A stretch of DNA of 64,000 nucleotides from Acidimicrobiales bacterium (GTDB lineage Bacteria > Actinomycetota > Acidimicrobiia > Acidimicrobiales > SZUA-35): contig JBHJNQ010000017.1 of the NCBI GenBank assembly GCA_050330635.1, positions 68,840 to 132,839 of the forward strand, given 5' to 3'. The position numbers and the translations under genes are program-made. Position 1 is the stretch's first letter, and each line of letters starts with the position of its first letter. This document shows positions 37,594-46,184 of the stretch, piece by piece. The notes under the pieces were generated by a model. It was given only the letters and a program-made list of their open reading frames with translations. It was not told the DNA's origin and made no database searches.

Positions 37594-38720
37594 GTCCGGC
37601 TCCCGCCCGCCAGCTCCGACCGGGCGGCTGCGCCGGCCCTGCCAGCCCCGCCGTCGTCGTGACCGGGGGCCGGACCGGCGTCCGAGCGGGCCCCCCAGGC
37701 CGCCATGACCAGCTCGAGGCTGCGGATCCGCTCGTCGAGGCCGTGGGTCGGGGTGTGGAGCATCAGCTCGGCCGCCCCGGTCCGGTCCGCCAGCTCGTCG
37801 AGGCCGGCCGCCACCTCGTCGGCGGTGCCGAGCAGGGCGCTGGTGGCCATGGCCACGGCGTTGGGGAACTCGTCGTGGGCGGCCGCCTCGTGGGGCGGCA
37901 GGAGGGGCAGCATGCGGCCGGTGCGCATCCCGTACCGCCGGAGGCGGGATGGCCCGGCCAGCCACTCGGCCTCGGCTGTGGTGGCGGCGGCGATCGTGGA
38001 GGCCGTGACGATCGTGTAGGGCTCGTCGAGGACGGACGACGGCTCGAAGGCGTCGCGGTAGATGCTCACGGCCTGGATCGTGCCGCCCATGTCGAAGTGG
38101 TGGGCGAAGGCGAACGGCAGCCCGAGGATCCCGGCCAGCTGGGCGCTGAAACCGCTCGATCCGAGGAGGATGACGGCCGGCGTCCCGGCGGCGACCGGGG
38201 TGGCCCGGAAGTGCTGCCACAGGCCCTGTTCGGTCCGGGCGTCGCCCAGCAGGCCCAACACGTCGATCAGGTTGCGGGGGAAGTCCTCGTCGTCGCGGTT
38301 GTCGGGCGAGCGACGCAGGGCGAGGGCGGTGGCCCGGTCGGTGCCGGGGGCCCGACCCACCCCGAGGTCGATGCGTCCGGGGTGGAGGGCCTCGAGCAGT
38401 GCGAACTGCTCGGCGATGGCCAGAGGGGCGTGGTTGGGCAGCATGACGCCCCCCGAACCGACCCGGATGCGCTCGGTGTTGGCGGCGAGGTGGGCCATCA
38501 GGACCGAGGGGGTGGTGCTGGCCACCGTGCCCATGTTGTGGTGCTCGGCCACCCAGAACCGGGTGTAGCCCAGCTCCTCCGCCCGACGGGCCAGGGCGGT
38601 GGTCTCGGCCAGGGCGCCGGCGCTGGTGGCGCCGTCGGCCACCATGGCCAGGTCGAGCACCGACAGCGGCAGACGCCCCTCCCCCATCGTCGGTGTCGTC
38701 GCCGCCTCCCCGGTCGTCAT
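37590..38720 (-). CDS. LLM class flavin-dependent oxidoreductase (luciferase family group 1, MsnO8-like)
   Basis: Contains LSVLDLAMV, GYTRFWVAEHHNM, RVGSGGVMLPNHAPLAIAEQFALLEALHPGRIDLGVGRAPG. Confidence 0.8.
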   Translation of the reverse strand: MTTGEAATTPTMGEGRLPLSVLDLAMVADGATSAGALAETTALARRAEELGYTRFWVAEHHNMGTVASTTPSVLMAHLAANTERIRVGSGGVMLPNHAPLAIAEQFALLEALHPGRIDLGVGRAPGTDRATALALRRSPDNRDDEDFPRNLIDVLGLLGDARTEQGLWQHFRATPVAAGTPAVILLGSSGFSAQLAGILGLPFAFAHHFDMGGTIQAVSIYRDAFEPSSVLDEPYTIVTASTIAAATTAEAEWLAGPSRLRRYGMRTGRMLPLLPPHEAAAHDEFPNAVAMATSALLGTADEVAAGLDELADRTGAAELMLHTPTHGLDERIRSLELVMAAWGARSDAGPAPGHDDGGAGRAGAAARSELAGGSRT

Positions 38721-38796
38721 TGGCCGCTCCTCTCGTCGCCGTGTGACCCACGTGGCGGGTCGCTGGTGCCCGCATCGTAGTGGCGGCCCCTCCCCG

Positions 38797-38847
38797 GGGG
38801 TGAAGACGGCCCCGGGGTGAAGACGGCCCTGAGGCGAAGACGGTCTG
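38797..38847. repeat. three tandem 17-bp direct repeats (GGGGTGAAGACGGCCCC / ..CCT / GAGGCGAAGACGGTCTG)
   Basis: Read directly. They lie in the 195-bp divergent promoter region between the LLM gene (start 38720) and the CoA-transferase gene (start 38916). Confidence 0.85.
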
Positions 38848-38915
38848 TCCGGTCGGGGGGGCGGGCGCCCGGGCGTCGTTGTACACGGGGCGGGCGATCA
38901 CCTACGTTGCAGCCC

Positions 38916-41375
38916 ATGAGCGCTCCAGGCCCCCTGGCCGGTCTCCGGGTCATCGACCTGACCGGCGACCTCGGCCGGTTCGCCACCAAGCTGTTGGCCG
39001 AGTACGGCGCCGAGGTGTGCCGGCCGGCAGGGGCCGGGTCGCGGGGGGCGTCGATGCCGGGGCCGGCCGGCGCCGCCGGTCGGGGCGTGCTCGACTGGTG
39101 GTACGACGCGGCCAAGACGCCGATCGACCTCGACCTCACCACCGATGAGGGTCGCACCACCTACCGGCGGCTGGCCCTCGCCGCCGACGTGGTGATCGAG
39201 GCCCAGCCGGCCGGCCTCCTGGCCGAGCTCGGCATCGACCACGAGCACCTGGTCGACGCCAACCCCACCCTGTGCCAGGTGTCGGTCACACCGTTCGGGC
39301 GGACCGGGCCCCGGGCCGGCTGGCAGGGCTCCGACCTGGTGGCCGGGGCCCTGGGCGGCGTCCTGTCCCTGACCGGGACCCCCGACGAGCCGCTCAACTC
39401 GTGGGGCGGGCAGAACCACAACTTCGCCGGCTTCGCCGCCGCCATCAGCGCCCTGGCCGCCGTCCGTTCGGCCCGCCGCACCGGCCACGGGCAGCTCGTC
39501 GACCTGTCGGTCCACGAGGTGGTCACCGGTTCCATCGAGAACCTGTTCTTCCAGTACTTCTACGACGACGAGCTCCCCCTGCCCCGCATCCCGGGGCGTC
39601 AGGGTTCGCTCCACTGGCTCGGGGCGTACCAGGTGGTGCCGGCCCGCACCGGGCACGTGATGGTCACCCCCACCCCCCAGGCCCAGCCGCTCATCGATTG
39701 GATGGTCGAGTGCGGGATGGACGAGGCCGAGCCGTTCGTCGGCCTGGCGGTCGAGGACCTCCTGGCCCAGATGCCGGAGCTCATGGCTGCCGTCGGCGCC
39801 TTCGCCCGGACGATGGACGCCGGTCCCCTGTTCCACGAGGCCCAGCGCCGCCACATCGCCTTCGCCGAGGTCCAGTCGGTTCCGCAGGTGGCCGACAATC
39901 CGCAGTTCGCCCACCGCCGACTGTTCTCCGACATCGTCGTGCCGGGAACCGCCGACCCCGGCACGACCGCGATCGCCGATCGAGCCGGGGCGGACGGTGC
40001 TGCGGCCGCCGCCGGGACCGTACCCGACCCGGCGGCCGGCACTGCGGTGCGGGGCCCGTGGCGCCTCGTCCGCTTCTCCGACACCCCGCTGGCCACGCCG
40101 GCCGGCCTCCCGCCCACGGCGGAGGAAGCCGGAACGGTGGCGGCGAGGTGGGGGGCGGGGAGCCGTTCGACCCCGACCGATCCATCCACGGACCCGGCGG
40201 CCCGACCACTGGAGGGCCTGACCGTCCTCGACCTGAGCTGGGTGCTGGCCGGTCCGTTCGCCACCCGGCTCCTCGGTGATCTGGGGGCCGACGTGATCAA
40301 GGTCCAGACCGAGGAACGGGCCACCCTGGTCAACCGACCCGACTACCCCTACTACCCGGTGTGGAACCGGTCGAAGCGGTCGGTGACCCTCGACCTCAAG
40401 CGACCCGAGGCCCTCGACGGGATCCGACCCCTGGTCGAGCGGGCTGACGTGCTGGTGGAGAACTACAGCTCCGGGGTGCTCGACCGGCTCGGCCTCGGCT
40501 GGGACCAGGTGCGGGAGTGGAACGACCGCCTCGTGTACATCTCGATGTCGGGCTGTGGGCACGACGGCCCGTGGTCGCAGATCATCAGCTATGCCCCCAC
40601 CGTCCACGCCCTGTGCGGCCTGACCAGCCTGACCAATCCGCCGGGTCGGGGAGATATCGGCTGCGGCTTCTCGCTCAACGACCACGCCGCCGGTTTCGCC
40701 GCCGCTCTTTCGGTCCTCGCCGCCCTCCACCATCGAGATCAGGGGGGTGGGACCGGCCAGTACATCGACATGGCCCAGCTCGAGGTCGGCGCCTACCTGC
40801 TGGGCCCGGCGCTGGTCGAGTGGGCCGCCACCGGTCACGAGGCCCGGGCCGCCGGCAACGTCGACGCCCTCACCGGTGCCGTGCCCAACGAGATCTATCG
40901 CGGGGTCGACGGTGCCACCGTCGCCGTGACCGCCACCGACGACGCCATGTGGGGTAGTCTCGCCGCCATCCTCGGTGCCACCACCGAGCCGTGGGCCACG
41001 GTCGAGGGGCGCCGGGACGATCGGGCAGCCGTCGATCGGGCCGTCGCCGCCTGGTGCGCCGATCGACCGGCGGCCGATGTCATGGCCACCCTCCAGGCCG
41101 CTGGGGTGGCGGCCGGCGTCGTCCAGGACGCCGAGGACCTGGCGGAACGCGATCCCCAGCTGGCCGCCCGCCGGTTCTGGTCGACGGCGGAGTCCGACGT
41201 GTTCGGCCCCCGCCGCCACGACCGCTTCCCCGCCCTCTGGAGCCGTTCCCGGCTCGAACCCTACCGGCCGGCCCCCAACTATCTCGGTGAGGCCAACTTC
41301 GAGGTGTGGACCGAGGTCGCCGGACTCGCCCCGGAGACCGTCGCCGGCCACATCGCCGACGGCCTCTTCACCTGA
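38916..41375 (+). CDS. tandem double-domain family III (CaiB/BaiF) CoA-transferase
   Basis: 819 aa. Module 1 starts LAGLRVIDLTGDLGRFATKLLAEYGAEV. Module 2 starts LEGLTVLDLSWVLAGPFATRLLGDLGADVIKV. ATG at 38916 is in frame with the track ORF. Confidence 0.85.
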   Translation: MSAPGPLAGLRVIDLTGDLGRFATKLLAEYGAEVCRPAGAGSRGASMPGPAGAAGRGVLDWWYDAAKTPIDLDLTTDEGRTTYRRLALAADVVIEAQPAGLLAELGIDHEHLVDANPTLCQVSVTPFGRTGPRAGWQGSDLVAGALGGVLSLTGTPDEPLNSWGGQNHNFAGFAAAISALAAVRSARRTGHGQLVDLSVHEVVTGSIENLFFQYFYDDELPLPRIPGRQGSLHWLGAYQVVPARTGHVMVTPTPQAQPLIDWMVECGMDEAEPFVGLAVEDLLAQMPELMAAVGAFARTMDAGPLFHEAQRRHIAFAEVQSVPQVADNPQFAHRRLFSDIVVPGTADPGTTAIADRAGADGAAAAAGTVPDPAAGTAVRGPWRLVRFSDTPLATPAGLPPTAEEAGTVAARWGAGSRSTPTDPSTDPAARPLEGLTVLDLSWVLAGPFATRLLGDLGADVIKVQTEERATLVNRPDYPYYPVWNRSKRSVTLDLKRPEALDGIRPLVERADVLVENYSSGVLDRLGLGWDQVREWNDRLVYISMSGCGHDGPWSQIISYAPTVHALCGLTSLTNPPGRGDIGCGFSLNDHAAGFAAALSVLAALHHRDQGGGTGQYIDMAQLEVGAYLLGPALVEWAATGHEARAAGNVDALTGAVPNEIYRGVDGATVAVTATDDAMWGSLAAILGATTEPWATVEGRRDDRAAVDRAVAAWCADRPAADVMATLQAAGVAAGVVQDAEDLAERDPQLAARRFWSTAESDVFGPRRHDRFPALWSRSRLEPYRPAPNYLGEANFEVWTEVAGLAPETVAGHIADGLFT

Positions 41376-41417
41376 CGCACCGGTTCACCTGACGCGCGGG
41401 TTCACCTGACGCACGGG
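41367..41417. repeat. three tandem 17-bp repeats (TTCACCTGACGCACCGG-like); the first contains the gene's last codons and stop
   Basis: Read directly: ttcacctgacgcaccgg ttcacctgacgcgcggg ttcacctgacgcacggg. Confidence 0.85.
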
Positions 41418-41456
41418 GCGGACCGACCGGCGGGATGCCGGGCCCGCGTCGCTGGT

Positions 41457-43883
41457 TCAGACCAGGGCGTCGGCGGCGGCGATCTCGGCCACCTCGTCGC
41501 CATAGAGGCCGAGAATCTCCGTCAGTACCTCGAAGGTGTGCTCGCCGAGGCACGGGGCCGCCGATCGGGGTCCGTGGTCGTAGCCCCGGATGCGGTACTG
41601 GTGGCCGGCGTAGGGCACCGTGCCGACCTCGGTGTGCTCGAGGTGGCGGTAGAAGTTCCGGTGGCGGTATTGGGGGTCGTCGAGGAGCTGGCCGCTGGTC
41701 TGCACCACCCCGGCGGCGATGCCGGCGGCGGCCAGCGCCGCCTCCAGCTCCGGGCCGTCCCACATTGCGGTCCACGCCCCGAGCTCAGCGTCGATGGTGT
41801 CGTGGGCGGCGAGGCGGCCCTCCACCGTGGCGAGGGCGGGCTTCGTGGCCCACACCGGCCGGCCCAGGACGTCGACGAGACGGCGCCAGGCGTCGTCGTC
41901 GACGACGGCGATGGCGATCCACCGGTCGTCGCCCCGGGTCGGATAGGCCCCCCGGGGGGCCAGGTCGGGTGACCGGTTGCCCCGTCGGGGTGGCTGCATC
42001 CCGTCGCGTTGGACGTCGCGCAGCTCCGGGGCCAGGAGCTGGAGCGCCACCTCGAGCTGGGCCGCCTCGATGTGGCAGCCCTCGCCGGTGCGGCGCCGCC
42101 GATGGAGGGCGGCGAGCAGGGTGGGGGTGATGAACCGGGGGCAGATCGTGTCGGTGTAGGCCACCCACGGTCCGTCGGGTCCCCGATCGGGCCACCCGAT
42201 CAGGTCCTGGAACCCGGCCACGGCGGCGGCGTGGTAGCCGTAGCCGGCCATCGACGACACCTCGCTCCCCTCCCCCAGCAGCGACGTGCTGACCATGACC
42301 AGTGACGGGTTGGTGGTGACGAGCGCGCGGTAGCCGAAGCCAAGGCGGTCGATGGTGCCCGGGGTGAAGCTCTCGATCACCACGTCGGCCCAGTCGGCCA
42401 GGCGACGAGCCACCATCCGACCCTCGGCCGTCTTGAGGTCGAGGGCTACGCTCAGCTTGGACGTGTTGAACGTGCCGTAGAAGTTCGAGCGGTTGATGCC
42501 GGGCTCGCCGTCCTTGAAGGGGGGTTGGAGCCGGAGGCCGTCGATGCGGTTCTCCGATTCGATCCTGATGACGGTGGCCCCGTGGTCGGCCAGGGCCTTG
42601 GCCGTGATGGGACCGACCCCGATCCACGAGAAGTCGACGACCTTCAAACCCTCGAACGGCGGCCCGTCGAACCGATGCTCCGGTTGGGGTGCGGGCCGGT
42701 CGCCATCCCTGATGGTCTCCACCGCCGGTGCCGCCGCCAGCGCGGCCCGGATGAGGTCGCCGTCGGCGTCCGGGGCGACGGGACCCCGCCGCACCGCCGG
42801 TCGGACGCCATCGACCCGGTAGCACGCCCCCGGAGCCCGCCGGCCCAGCCCGTCGCCGGCCTCGGCGGTCCAGAACGAGCGCCGATCCAGATGGTCGAAG
42901 GCCAGCAGATCGGCGAGGGTGTTGAGCGGCGCCAGGGTTGCCCCGTAGCCGAGGCCCCGGATGAACAGCTCCCACTTGGTATGGCGGGCGCAGAGCGCCA
43001 GGACCGCACCCTGGACCTCGTCGAGGGAGTGGCGGACCTCCTCGCCGGAGATGACGGCGTGGTCATAGCGGGTCCAGTCGACGTCCCGCCACGAATCGTC
43101 GACGATGCCGTCCTCCAGGAGCCAGGGGAGGAGGAACTGCACGGAACGGGCCGTCGGCACGGCGATGACGTAGCCGTCGGCGGCGTCGATCCGGAGCTGG
43201 ATCCGCAGGCTCAGGTGGATCTCGGACCCGGTCCGCTCGAACTCGTGGCCCTGGACCCCCTGGGCCTCCATGGCGTTGAGCATCGTCCACGTCATGACCG
43301 ACTGGGCCGAGACGTCGACGAACTGGGCCTCGCCGGTCCGCTCCATCCGCCGGTGGGCGACGAGGGCCGCCAGGGCCGCCTCCGCCCCGGCGTGGCGCCA
43401 CACCTGCGGTATCGACAGGTGGACGGGGGCCCGGTCGGGGCTGCCCTGGATCCGCATCGGGCCGCCGAGAGCGGCGATCGTCAGCTCCTCGGCCGGCTGG
43501 TCGGCCCGCGGCCCGTCGGAGCCGAACGGGGTGACGAGCACCACCACGGCCGTCGGGTTGGCCGCCACGACGTCGTCGTCGCCGATGCCGAGACCGGCGA
43601 GGCGTCCCGGGGGGCCGCTGTCCATGATGACGTCGGCGCCGGCCACCAGGTCGAGCACGAGGGCACGATCGGCCACGGGGTCACCGCTGCACACCACCGA
43701 TCGCTTGTTGCCGTTGTAGGCGACGGCTTCCGAGCCGTCGCCCCGCCGGCGGCCGGGATCGCCGCCGGCCGGTTCGAGCCGTAGCACCTCGGCCCCGAGG
43801 TCGGCCAGAAGGTAGGGACCGACCTCGCCGCGGCGGTCGGTCATGTCGAGGATGCGCCAGCCGTCGAGCAAGCCGTCGTCCAT
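41457..43883 (-). CDS. tandem double-domain family III (CaiB/BaiF) CoA-transferase
   Basis: 808 aa from the internal ATG at 43883. Module 1 starts LDGWRILDMTDRRGEVGPYLLADLGAEVLRLEP. Module 2 starts FEGLKVVDFSWIGVGPITAKALADHGATVIRIE. Confidence 0.85.
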   Translation of the reverse strand: MDDGLLDGWRILDMTDRRGEVGPYLLADLGAEVLRLEPAGGDPGRRRGDGSEAVAYNGNKRSVVCSGDPVADRALVLDLVAGADVIMDSGPPGRLAGLGIGDDDVVAANPTAVVVLVTPFGSDGPRADQPAEELTIAALGGPMRIQGSPDRAPVHLSIPQVWRHAGAEAALAALVAHRRMERTGEAQFVDVSAQSVMTWTMLNAMEAQGVQGHEFERTGSEIHLSLRIQLRIDAADGYVIAVPTARSVQFLLPWLLEDGIVDDSWRDVDWTRYDHAVISGEEVRHSLDEVQGAVLALCARHTKWELFIRGLGYGATLAPLNTLADLLAFDHLDRRSFWTAEAGDGLGRRAPGACYRVDGVRPAVRRGPVAPDADGDLIRAALAAAPAVETIRDGDRPAPQPEHRFDGPPFEGLKVVDFSWIGVGPITAKALADHGATVIRIESENRIDGLRLQPPFKDGEPGINRSNFYGTFNTSKLSVALDLKTAEGRMVARRLADWADVVIESFTPGTIDRLGFGYRALVTTNPSLVMVSTSLLGEGSEVSSMAGYGYHAAAVAGFQDLIGWPDRGPDGPWVAYTDTICPRFITPTLLAALHRRRRTGEGCHIEAAQLEVALQLLAPELRDVQRDGMQPPRRGNRSPDLAPRGAYPTRGDDRWIAIAVVDDDAWRRLVDVLGRPVWATKPALATVEGRLAAHDTIDAELGAWTAMWDGPELEAALAAAGIAAGVVQTSGQLLDDPQYRHRNFYRHLEHTEVGTVPYAGHQYRIRGYDHGPRSAAPCLGEHTFEVLTEILGLYGDEVAEIAAADALV

Positions 43884-44063
43884 GGGAGGGTTATCACCTT
43901 TCTCGACCCCGACCGGGGTGTTGTCGTGGCCCCACAGTGTGGGCACTACGCAGTGGCGACGCCAGTTCGCCCGTCCGGCTCGCCCGTGCCCTCGTCGCCG
44001 GGGACGACTACGGTCGGGACGCGGCCGTTGGGGACCCGGCCCGGAATCGGAGGACGTACCATC

Positions 44064-44789
44064 ATGATCGAGCGCTTCGACGAGGTCGAGGGCCCGGAGG
44101 GGACCATGGTCACCTTCGTCGTCCACCCCGAGCGCCACGGCCCCCATCCGGTCGTGCTGTTCCTCATGGACGCACCGGGCATGCGCGAGGAGCTGCGGAC
44201 CATGTGCCGCCGCCTGGCCTCGGTCGGCTACTACGTGATGGCGCCGCACCTGTACTACCGCCAGGTCGACCACTACAACCTGTTCGAGACGAACGACCGC
44301 GACCGGATGGTCGAGCTGATGGGCGCCCTCTCCAACGCCCTCGTGGTCGACGACGCCCGCCGGCTGTTGGCCGTGGCCGACGGCGACCCGGCGGCCGACG
44401 CCACCAGGGTCGGCACCGTCGGCTACTGCATGAGCGGGCCGTTCACCATCATGATCGCCGCCGCTGAGCCCGACCGGGTCAGGGCGGCGGCGTCGATCCA
44501 TGGTGTCCGCCTCGCCGTCGACGCCGACGACTCCCCGCACGCCCATCTCGACCAGGTGCGGGGCGAGGTGTACGTGGCCTGCGCCGAGCACGACGCCCAC
44601 GCCCCCACCGAGATGGTCGAGGCGTTCGAGAAGGCGATGGCCGAGACCGGCACCCGGGGCGAGGTCGAGTGGTACCCGGGAACGGAGCACGGGTTCGCCT
44701 TCGCCGAGCGGCCCGTCTACGACCGGGCCGCCTCGGAACGACACTGGGAGCGCCTCCACGCCCTGTTCGCCAGGACCCTGTCGGCGTGA
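44064..44789 (+). CDS. dienelactone hydrolase family protein
   Basis: ATG is preceded by GGAGGA. Contains VVLFLMDAPG and the nucleophile motif GYCMSGP. Confidence 0.75.
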   Translation: MIERFDEVEGPEGTMVTFVVHPERHGPHPVVLFLMDAPGMREELRTMCRRLASVGYYVMAPHLYYRQVDHYNLFETNDRDRMVELMGALSNALVVDDARRLLAVADGDPAADATRVGTVGYCMSGPFTIMIAAAEPDRVRAAASIHGVRLAVDADDSPHAHLDQVRGEVYVACAEHDAHAPTEMVEAFEKAMAETGTRGEVEWYPGTEHGFAFAERPVYDRAASERHWERLHALFARTLSA

Positions 44790-44836
44790 GCGGGGCGGCG
44801 CCACACCCGGCGGGGTCACCCGAGTCGCCCCACCAT

Positions 44837-44877
44837 CGACCGACGATCCCGACCGACGATCCCCGACCAACGATCCC
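44837..44877. repeat. three tandem 13-14-bp repeats (CGACCGACGATCC[C])
   Basis: Read directly. They end 19 nt upstream of the start codon (44896) of the RidA-family gene. Confidence 0.85.
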
Positions 44878-44895
44878 AACACCAGGAGTACGGAC

Positions 44896-45285
44896 ATGCC
44901 CCGAGGAGAACCGATCATCCCCGCCGGCTCGGAGAAGACCTACGAGCGATTTCATTTCGCTCCCGCCATGCGGGTGGGTGACACGCTCTACTGCTCGGGC
45001 GTCATCGGGGCCGACGGCTCCCGGGTGCCGGAGCGGGCCGAGGACGAGTTCACCGCCGCCTTCACCGCCCTGGCCGACCTGCTGGCGGCGGCCGGTGCGT
45101 CCCTCGACGACGTCGTCGAGCTGACATCGTTCCACGTGGACATGGGCACCCACCTCGGCGCCTTCATCGCCGCCAAGGACGCCGTCATCGGCGAGCCGTA
45201 CCCGGCGTGGACGGCCATCGGCTGCACGGAGCTCGCCGTACCCGCCGCCCGGGTCGAGATCCGGGCCACCGCCTACCTGGGGTGA
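44896..45285 (+). CDS. RidA/YjgF/Endoribonuclease L-PSP family protein
   Basis: 129 aa with AGGAG 8 nt upstream. Contains VGDTLYCSGVIG and the C-terminal RVEIRATA pattern. Confidence 0.75.
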   Translation: MPRGEPIIPAGSEKTYERFHFAPAMRVGDTLYCSGVIGADGSRVPERAEDEFTAAFTALADLLAAAGASLDDVVELTSFHVDMGTHLGAFIAAKDAVIGEPYPAWTAIGCTELAVPAARVEIRATAYLG

Positions 45286-45569
45286 CCGGCCCGCCGAGGT
45301 TGGCCGCCCCCACCCCGGGTGAGAGGATCGGGGTGGGGGCAGCGGACGTGGCGCCTCAGATCTCGTCGACGGCCAGCAGTGGCGATGGTCCAGGCCCTCG
45401 GCGATCGCACCGATGACGGTGGCGTGCCAGCCCCTCAGTGCTGCGATGACCGCCGACCGGAAACTAGAGCCTGGCCCCGGGCGGGGCCACCGCAGAGGAG
45501 AATTCCCCGACGGCGGATGGTCCCCGCCCCGGACCAGATCGGGCCCGGCGATTCGGCCCGGCGCAGTGG

Positions 45570-46001
45570 TCAGTTGTTGCCGAGCACCCGTTCGGCGCGG
45601 ACGAAGACCGCGACACGCCCCTCGGCCTCCATGACGCGGTCGAACTCGTCCCAGTCGTCATGGGTGCCACCGGCGCCGACGAAGATCGACCGCAGCAACC
45701 GCGCCATCTCTCCGGCCTCGACGTCGTCGGGACCGACGATGTCGGCCCGACCCTCGATGCCGGCCCACTTCCACCCCCGGCGGTACGTGATCGACGCCCG
45801 TCCCGCCGACCGCAGCAACGCCACCTTGCGGGCCGTGCCCCGGGCCACGAACGCCAACGTCTCCTCGCCGGTCTCCGGGTGGGCGATGGGGCCGGCGTTG
45901 ACGACGCTGGCGTGCACCGACCCGTCGGGGCGGACGGTCGCCACCACGCACAACCCCTGCTCGGTGCCCGCCATCCCCACAACGTCGTCCATCGTTGCCA
46001 T
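45570..46001 (-). CDS. PPOX-class (pyridoxamine 5'-phosphate oxidase-like), probably F420-dependent, protein
   Basis: About 143 aa from ATG 46001. Split-barrel pattern LCVVATVRPDGSVHASVV ... ASITYRRGWKWAGIEGRA. Confidence 0.7.
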   Translation of the reverse strand: MATMDDVVGMAGTEQGLCVVATVRPDGSVHASVVNAGPIAHPETGEETLAFVARGTARKVALLRSAGRASITYRRGWKWAGIEGRADIVGPDDVEAGEMARLLRSIFVGAGGTHDDWDEFDRVMEAEGRVAVFVRAERVLGNN

Positions 46002-46020
46002 CGCCTCAACGTAGCCGGCC

Positions 46021-46066
46021 GGCGTCACCCCCGGCACCGATCCGGCGTCACCCCCGGCACCGATCC
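46021..46066. repeat. perfect 23-bp tandem duplication (GGCGTCACCCCCGGCACCGATCC x2)
   Basis: Read directly. It lies 20-65 nt upstream of the PPOX start codon on the minus strand. Confidence 0.9.
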
Positions 46067-46184
46067 GGTGGGGCCGTGGTCGCCGTCGCCGCCCTCGTCG
46101 GCTTGGCCCTGACCGGCCGCCAGCCCGGCCCGGCCGGCCCGACGCGAGAGGCGGCGGTGTACGATCCCTCCGCCACCTGCGCCG

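Noticed and set aside
38797-38847. The short tandem repeat arrays here and at 41367, 44837, 33999 and 46021, considered as possible CRISPR arrays.
   Set aside because: The units are 13-23 bp and directly abutting with no spacers. There are only 2-4 copies, and no cas genes are in the window.
38898-41351. An 817-aa minus-strand ORF antisense to the CoA-transferase gene. Analogous cases: 17798..19516, 41785..42975, 48045..49853, 49582..51567, 22267..23256.
   Set aside because: They have no recognisable motifs and low-complexity composition. In every case the opposite strand or another frame carries a gene with strong family signatures.
45286-45569. A 284-bp gap between the RidA-family gene and the PPOX gene with a locally lower-GC core and a helix-like minus-strand frame (AVIAALRGWHATVIGAIAEGLDH). 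Considered as an sRNA or gene remnant.
   Set aside because: There is no start codon, no RBS, and no stable hairpin or recognisable motif. The evidence is too thin to report as a feature.
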